This document shows positions 58,521-64,000 of a DNA stretch of 64,000 nucleotides, piece by piece. Every line of letters begins with the position of its first letter. Within the stretch, counting starts at the first letter, position 1. The stretch is from a bacterium (GTDB lineage: Bacteria > Patescibacteriota > Minisyncoccia > 2-01-FULL-47-10 > JBBIMT01). The notes below the pieces were generated by a model. That model searched no databases. It had not been told where the DNA came from and was given only the letters and a program-made list of their open reading frames with translations. Both the position numbers and the translations under genes were made by a program. The stretch lies in contig JBBIOV010000001.1 in assembly GCA_037443185.1 (NCBI GenBank), positions 10,866 through 74,865 on the forward strand, read 5' to 3'.

Positions 58521-60347
58521 CTACTCCACTGTTACACTCTTAGCAAGATTGCGAGGCTTATCAATTTCCAGTTTTTTAAAATTAGCACAATAATATGCAA
58601 AAAGCTGTAAAACCATAATACTTAAAACGGGATAAAATAATTCAAGAGTTTGCGGAATATAAATAATATCATCTGTTATTTTTTTTATCTCTTGATTTCC
58701 CTTGGTGGTAATGGCAATAACAGGCCCTTTACGAGTTTTTATTTCCTGAACATTAGAAAACATTTTTTTGTACAATGAATCCTGAGGGATGATAGCAATA
58801 GAAGGAAAATTTTTATCTATTAAAGCAATCGCGCCATGCTTAAATTCACCTCCGCTATAACCTGAAGCATTGATGTAAGCAGTTTCTTTTAATTTTAAGG
58901 CGCCCTCAAGCGCGGCTGGATAATTAAACTTTCGACCAAAAACAGCAAAACCATTATATTTAAAATATTTTTTCGCCAATTTTTTTATTGCGCTACTTTC
59001 TTTTAAAATTTCGTTTGTTAGACTTGAAAGATTTAAAATGGATTTTATGATTTCCTTTTTATTTTTTATTTCTATGTTCTTTAATTGAGTTAAATACAAA
59101 GCAAAAAGATTTAAAAGGATCATCTGGGATATCATAGCTTTTGTAGTAACAACCGCAATCTCAGGCCCGATGTGATTGTAAATACCAGCCTTTGTTTCTC
59201 TAGCAATAGATGACCCAACTACATTAACAATGCCTAAACTTAAAATTTTTTCTTCATTAATCTTTTTTAAGCTGGCTAACGAGTCCGCAGTTTCTCCTGA
59301 TTGACTAATAAATAAGGCGGCTACTTTATCTTTCTTTAAAAAAGGGGTCTGTCGATATCTAAATTCAGAAGCAATATCGGCTTCGCACAATATCCCAACT
59401 AACTCTTCAATAATATATTTACCATACAAAGCCGCATAATAAGCTGAACCACAACCTAAAATTTTTAGTTCTTGGATTTTTTTTAAATCTTTAGAGACGC
59501 TCTCTAAACCCCCAAGCTTTATTTTATTATTAATAATCCTTCCTCTAATAGAGTTTTTTATAGCTTCAGGAATTTCATAAATTTCTTTTAACATAAAATG
59601 TTTAAAGGCAGCTTTAGAAACTTTGGTAGGAATATCTTGAAATGTCGCTAAATTTACTTTCGATTTTTCTCCATTCAATTTATAAATATCAACTTTATCT
59701 TTTGTGATAATAGCCATTTCACCATCATTTAGTACAACGGCTTTTTTAGTATGGTTTGTTAAAGCCGTTGGGTCAGAACTTAAAAACCCTTGATGATATT
59801 TATTTGCCGCCAATAAAGGAGAGGATACTCTCACAGCAATTATTTTGTCAGGTTCTTTAATGGAGAAAAAAGCAAGCGCATAAGCGCCAACCAACATTTT
59901 CACTACTTCTTTGGCCGCTTTTTTAAGATCGCCTCTGTAAACATCTTCTAATAAATGAACTATAACTTCAGTATCCGTTTCTGAAGAAAATTGATGCCCT
60001 TTTTTCAGTAATTGTTTTTTTAAAGTTAAATAATTTTCGATAATACCATTATGAACGAGCCAGATCTCCTTTTTACAATCCCAAAAAGGATGGGCGTTTT
60101 TATCTGAAGGCGTACCGTGGGTCGCCCAACGGGAGTGTCCAATACCAAGGAAACCTTGAATAGGATTTTTCTTTAAAATTTTTTTTAAAACAGCAACTTT
60201 ACCTTTTTTTTTGATATACTGAGGCTTCGTGCCATCAAAAACAACGATTCCTGCCGAATCGTATCCGCGATATTGAAGGTTTTCTAATCCTTTTAAAATA
60301 ACAGAAGCTGCATTTTTATTGCCAATATAACCAAATATACCGCACAT
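58521..60347 (-). CDS. glmS: Glutamine--fructose-6-phosphate aminotransferase
   Basis: MCGIFG, YRGYDSAG, GHSRWATHG, SQSGETAD, PRNLAKSVTVE. Confidence 0.98.
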   Translation of the reverse strand: MCGIFGYIGNKNAASVILKGLENLQYRGYDSAGIVVFDGTKPQYIKKKGKVAVLKKILKKNPIQGFLGIGHSRWATHGTPSDKNAHPFWDCKKEIWLVHNGIIENYLTLKKQLLKKGHQFSSETDTEVIVHLLEDVYRGDLKKAAKEVVKMLVGAYALAFFSIKEPDKIIAVRVSSPLLAANKYHQGFLSSDPTALTNHTKKAVVLNDGEMAIITKDKVDIYKLNGEKSKVNLATFQDIPTKVSKAAFKHFMLKEIYEIPEAIKNSIRGRIINNKIKLGGLESVSKDLKKIQELKILGCGSAYYAALYGKYIIEELVGILCEADIASEFRYRQTPFLKKDKVAALFISQSGETADSLASLKKINEEKILSLGIVNVVGSSIARETKAGIYNHIGPEIAVVTTKAMISQMILLNLFALYLTQLKNIEIKNKKEIIKSILNLSSLTNEILKESSAIKKLAKKYFKYNGFAVFGRKFNYPAALEGALKLKETAYINASGYSGGEFKHGAIALIDKNFPSIAIIPQDSLYKKMFSNVQEIKTRKGPVIAITTKGNQEIKKITDDIIYIPQTLELFYPVLSIMVLQLFAYYCANFKKLEIDKPRNLAKSVTVE

Positions 60348-60473
60348 AATTTTTTTAAAAAAATAATAATTAATTTTAAATTTTTAAAAAAAATTTCATC
60401 ACTTTTGGTCTGTTATAAAAAATTTTAATTTTTTAAAATTTTATATTAAAAAAATTATTTGAGGAATTTAAAT

Positions 60474-62372
60474 TTATTTAAGTTTGATGGTTTGGCCTGG
60501 TTTTAATATCTTCTTTTTGTTATCATTTAGTGATTTTGACGCAGCAATTACTTCTTCAGGCTCTTGGTTCTGGTCAATCGTAGTATCTTTTGTTAAATTA
60601 TTTGTGCTTTTTATATTTTTTTTATTACTTAAAATTTCGCTTAACACTTTTTTAAGTTCTTCTTTGGGTGTTACCTCTTTTTTTTGTTTAATATCTGATT
60701 GTTCTATCTCTTCTTTAATTTTTTGTAAAATATCAAGATTTGCGCTTTTTGGTGTTAATTTGATATCGGTTAACAATCTTTGATTTTTATCATCATAAAA
60801 TAAATAACTTGACAGGGTCGGAATAATTCCTTTGGCTTTCAAATTTTGAGATTTTTTGAAACATTTTTTGCAAAAAACAGGTCTTTTTCCGTCAGGCTGA
60901 AAAGGAACTTTTACAGCTCCATTACATTTCCAACAAGCAGCAAAGAATTTTTGGGTTAATTTAACAAGGGGATGGCCTTTTTTTTCAGAACTTGAAACAT
61001 CAATCTCTTCCTTTTGTTTTATCTCTGGTTTTTTCTTTCTATCTTCTTTTGAAGGAAGATTTTCTTTTAAAATTTGATTTTCTTCAGTCTCAAAACCAGC
61101 CCATTTATTAATTTTTGCCTCTATCTCTTTTTTAGACAAAGCAAAATTATAACGAGATTGTTTTATGATTTTGTTTCTGTTGCTTTTTTTCAATTTTTGA
61201 GGACTTGGCAATGTATGAGCCGAAAAAGGATCGGTAACAATTCCATCAATCATCAATTTGATATAGATATTATATTTCGGTAAATTGATAATATCATTCA
61301 TCGTAAAAATTGGTGAAAATTCTTTCTCTAAAAATTCAGCATCTTCAGCGCCAACTCTAAAAGCAATAATTGTGCCAACATTACCAAAAATTGCATCTCT
61401 TAAAGTAGTTCCCATTTTTTCGCTATAAAGTTGAGCAATGTACTGATGCGCTAAAATTAAAGAAAGCCTATATTTTCTTGCTTCAGATAAAATATTAGCA
61501 AAAGATTCATTGGCGAAATTTTGAAATTCGTCAACATAAAGATAAAAATCATTTCGTTGCTCTTCGGGTATATCAACCCTTGACATAGCTGCTAAATATA
61601 GTTTTGTTATTATAAGTCCACCAAGAAGCTTTGAAACATCTTCGCCTAATTTACCTTTGGAGAGATTAACGATTAAAATCTTTTTCTTATCCATAATTTC
61701 TCTTAAATCAAAAGCAGTTCTTGTTTGTCCGATAATATTTCGAATGATGGAAGCGGTGATAAATTGTCCTACTTTATTTTGAATAGCAGCGACGGCTTCA
61801 GTGGCAAATTGTTTAGAATATTCAGCAAACTCATCAACCCAAAAACTTTTGACTACCGGATCGGTTAAGCGATTGACGATTTTATTTCTAAATTCCTTAT
61901 CGGATAAAATCCTCATTATACCAAGCAAAGTTGAACCCGGATATTCAAGTAAAGCTAAAATAGCGTTGTTCAAAATATATTCCATTCGCGGCGACCAAAC
62001 ATCAGGCCAAATTTTTTTAAAAACACTCATTACTCCTGCTGCCACTAAATGTCTAGTTTCAGGGTCTACATTTTCCAAAACATTAAAACCTATGGGGTAC
62101 TCAATGTCGGCTGGATTAAAATAAATCACATCATTAATTCTGTTTGAAGGAATATAATCTAATAATTTATCAGCAAACTCTCCGTGAGGATCAATAACGC
62201 CCACTCCGTTGCCATTTTGAATATCCCAAACTGCCATATTTTCTAAAAGAGTAGTTTTGCCAACGCCAGTTTTTCCGATAATATAAATATGCCGTCTTCG
62301 GTCGTCTTTTTTAATACCAAAAACTTTCTTTTGATTTCTGAAAGTTGTAATACCAATCGGGGTAATATCCAT
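60474..62372 (-). CDS. TrwB/TraD/HerA-like ATPase with C-terminal CxxC-x17-CxxC domain
   Basis: DRRRHIYIIGKTGVGKT, IDPHG, LYVDEFQ, SEARKY, AHQY, GNVGT; CWKC...VPFQPDGKRPVFCKKC. Confidence 0.92.
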   Translation of the reverse strand: MDITPIGITTFRNQKKVFGIKKDDRRRHIYIIGKTGVGKTTLLENMAVWDIQNGNGVGVIDPHGEFADKLLDYIPSNRINDVIYFNPADIEYPIGFNVLENVDPETRHLVAAGVMSVFKKIWPDVWSPRMEYILNNAILALLEYPGSTLLGIMRILSDKEFRNKIVNRLTDPVVKSFWVDEFAEYSKQFATEAVAAIQNKVGQFITASIIRNIIGQTRTAFDLREIMDKKKILIVNLSKGKLGEDVSKLLGGLIITKLYLAAMSRVDIPEEQRNDFYLYVDEFQNFANESFANILSEARKYRLSLILAHQYIAQLYSEKMGTTLRDAIFGNVGTIIAFRVGAEDAEFLEKEFSPIFTMNDIINLPKYNIYIKLMIDGIVTDPFSAHTLPSPQKLKKSNRNKIIKQSRYNFALSKKEIEAKINKWAGFETEENQILKENLPSKEDRKKKPEIKQKEEIDVSSSEKKGHPLVKLTQKFFAACWKCNGAVKVPFQPDGKRPVFCKKCFKKSQNLKAKGIIPTLSSYLFYDDKNQRLLTDIKLTPKSANLDILQKIKEEIEQSDIKQKKEVTPKEELKKVLSEILSNKKNIKSTNNLTKDTTIDQNQEPEEVIAASKSLNDNKKKILKPGQTIKLK

Positions 62373-62585
62373 ATAATAACAGATTAAAACTTATGAAAAA
62401 GATTTATCAAATATCAAACTTTAAATAAAAAATAGGATAGATAATCGCCAACAATTATAAATATCAATTTAAAAAATTATAAATTGAAACTTATTAAATT
62501 GTAAAATGTTTAGTTATTAGCTCTTAATAAATAATTCATTTTACAAATTTTATCACTCATTTAATTGATTATCGATATCTTTTTA

Positions 62586-63845
62586 TTATATTGTTGGCAG
62601 GGTTGCTGGAGGAGAGCCTTTTTGAAATTGAACTCTTTCAACAGTAGGGGTTGGAACTTCACGACCAGGGAAATGATAAATTGTTGCTAATTCTTCAATA
62701 TTTAAGATAAAATTTTTATTTTTAGAAAAATCGGGACTACGCCAGCGATATTTTTTAAGCAGCATTCTTTTACGCTCAAATACTCTATAATCTTTGAAAA
62801 AATAATCTAATTTAGTAACAGTATCAGGATCAAGTCTTATGCTGCTTTCAGTTTGTGAAGCCAAAGTTCTTAAAATACCCAAAAAAGCATAGCCATGTCT
62901 TCTAACAAAACGGTCCTTTTGTGCAAGATAAATAATCCTTAAAGTAGTTGCCCAACCAACCTTTGAGCATTTTCGATAAATTGCTCTCATTAATTGAACC
63001 TCAGTTTCAGTGGGCCAACGAAATTCAAGCTTTTGTTCTTTTTCAGATTTATTTTTTGATAAAGGATTAAGAGCGTTTAATGATTCTTTAAGACCAGCAC
63101 TAAGAGCTTCCATAAACGCAGGAATTTCTTCTTTGGAGCGATCTGACAATTCTTCAATCTTCTCAAGTCCTTTTTTTTCCCAACCAAAATATGGCTCGAT
63201 GATAATTTGCATCCAAAAATGTTCATTAATGTTTGTTAAAGAGAAAAGTTCAACTATATTAGCAATTGGATCCACTTTACTTTCAGTTTCGGTAATTTTA
63301 TCAAGTTCCCAGTCAACATAAGTTCTAATAGGTAAATAATATTCTTCTGGTTTATTAAATTGGAATTCAGTCCCTATCATTGCCCAACCGGATTCTTCAG
63401 TAATTCCAGCATCGAGAGGCACTTTATATGTATAATCTTCTGCTGGATCAATAATTTCAGCGCTGGGATATTGAGCATAAATTTGAGAAATCAACCATCT
63501 TTTTCTAACTTCCGGAACTTTGATATAAAAATGAACTTGCCCATCAAAACCTGCTATTTCCAATGATAAAGTTAATGGAAATTCGCCATCTATATATTTT
63601 TCCACTCTTAATAAATTCCGATGCATTCCATGCATTTGAGCAAACAATGCTTCCATTGCTTTAGGGCTTTTAGGTACTTCTCTTGGTATTCTAATTTCTA
63701 TTAAATGACGCGGCGTGGTTTCGACAAATCTGTTCGAGGCATATTCAACCCATAATTCAAAAAAAATGCCGTATAAAATTATCGGTAACACTAACCACCA
63801 CCAATCAGACAATAACTTAAAAAAATTTTCTAAAAAAATGTCCAT
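62586..63845 (-). CDS. Conserved membrane-anchored partner of the TrwB-like ATPase
   Basis: N-terminal TM; EIRIPREVPKSPKAME, SLEI, IYAQYP.AEI, LPIRTY, ILNIEELATIYHFP, PPATLP, recalled as typical of the CPR ATPase-adjacent family. Confidence 0.8.
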   Translation of the reverse strand: MDIFLENFFKLLSDWWWLVLPIILYGIFFELWVEYASNRFVETTPRHLIEIRIPREVPKSPKAMEALFAQMHGMHRNLLRVEKYIDGEFPLTLSLEIAGFDGQVHFYIKVPEVRKRWLISQIYAQYPSAEIIDPAEDYTYKVPLDAGITEESGWAMIGTEFQFNKPEEYYLPIRTYVDWELDKITETESKVDPIANIVELFSLTNINEHFWMQIIIEPYFGWEKKGLEKIEELSDRSKEEIPAFMEALSAGLKESLNALNPLSKNKSEKEQKLEFRWPTETEVQLMRAIYRKCSKVGWATTLRIIYLAQKDRFVRRHGYAFLGILRTLASQTESSIRLDPDTVTKLDYFFKDYRVFERKRMLLKKYRWRSPDFSKNKNFILNIEELATIYHFPGREVPTPTVERVQFQKGSPPATLPTI

Positions 63846-63910
63846 TTTCTTCCTACCCTTTTTAAAAAAATATTTTGAGAAAAAACGCAGAAAATTAAAT
63901 CTCTATCATT

Positions 63911-64000
63911 TTAACTTTTGTCTTGAAGCATAAATTTTCCATCAGTGGTCTTTTTAAACAATTTGTTATTTTGCAAACTAAGCAAAATAGTGTTTGGCTT
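63911..64000 (-). CDS. C-terminal end of a protein truncated by the window edge (possibly HARE-HTH/sigma-70 region 4-like family)
   Basis: Manual translation KPNTILLSLQNNKLFKKTTDGKFMLQDKS*; family call is from memory of a similar C-terminus. Confidence 0.5.
   Translation of the reverse strand, partial: KPNTILLSLQNNKLFKKTTDGKFMLQDKS

Noticed and set aside
60348-60473. glmS ribozyme upstream of glmS
   Set aside because: Region is almost entirely A/T with no conserved ribozyme core
6331-63933. Numerous 60-120 aa ORFs antisense or out of frame within genes
   Set aside because: Shadow ORFs of well-supported genes with no recognisable motifs
1-64000. Recoded genetic code (TGA=Gly, code 25), prophage, IS elements or CRISPR arrays
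   Set aside because: Conserved genes are full length under code 11 and several end in TGA; no integrase, transposase, structural phage gene or repeat-spacer array was seen

Overview
Very AT-rich bacterial chromosome segment using genetic code 11 (TGA acts as stop). Gene content strongly resembles Patescibacteria/CPR (Parcubacteria-like). It contains housekeeping genes (sppA, fmt, def, priA, rplI, pyrG, rpmA, gltX, aspS, rpmH, serS, rsmE, glmS), a cell-wall glycopolymer operon, a partial dcw cluster, a GT3/GH57-type alpha-glucan (glycogen) operon, tRNA-Gly(CCC) and tRNA-Glu(CTC), and a TrwB/TraD-like ATPase pair. Most notable observations: (1) an inserted five-gene operon (amino-acid dehydrogenase, PaaK-like ligase, ThiF adenylyltransferase, nitroreductase, 7TM histidine kinase) that looks like a small-molecule signal synthesis-and-sensing module behind a hairpin-rich leader; (2) a dif-like 11-6-11 site where gene orientation flips; (3) two mutually exclusive RNA helices in the 5' UTR of a CxxC-x17-CxxC gene; (4) a tRNA ending 3 nt before the glycogen synthase ATG. 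All calls come from manual motif recognition; no searches or folding computations were run.
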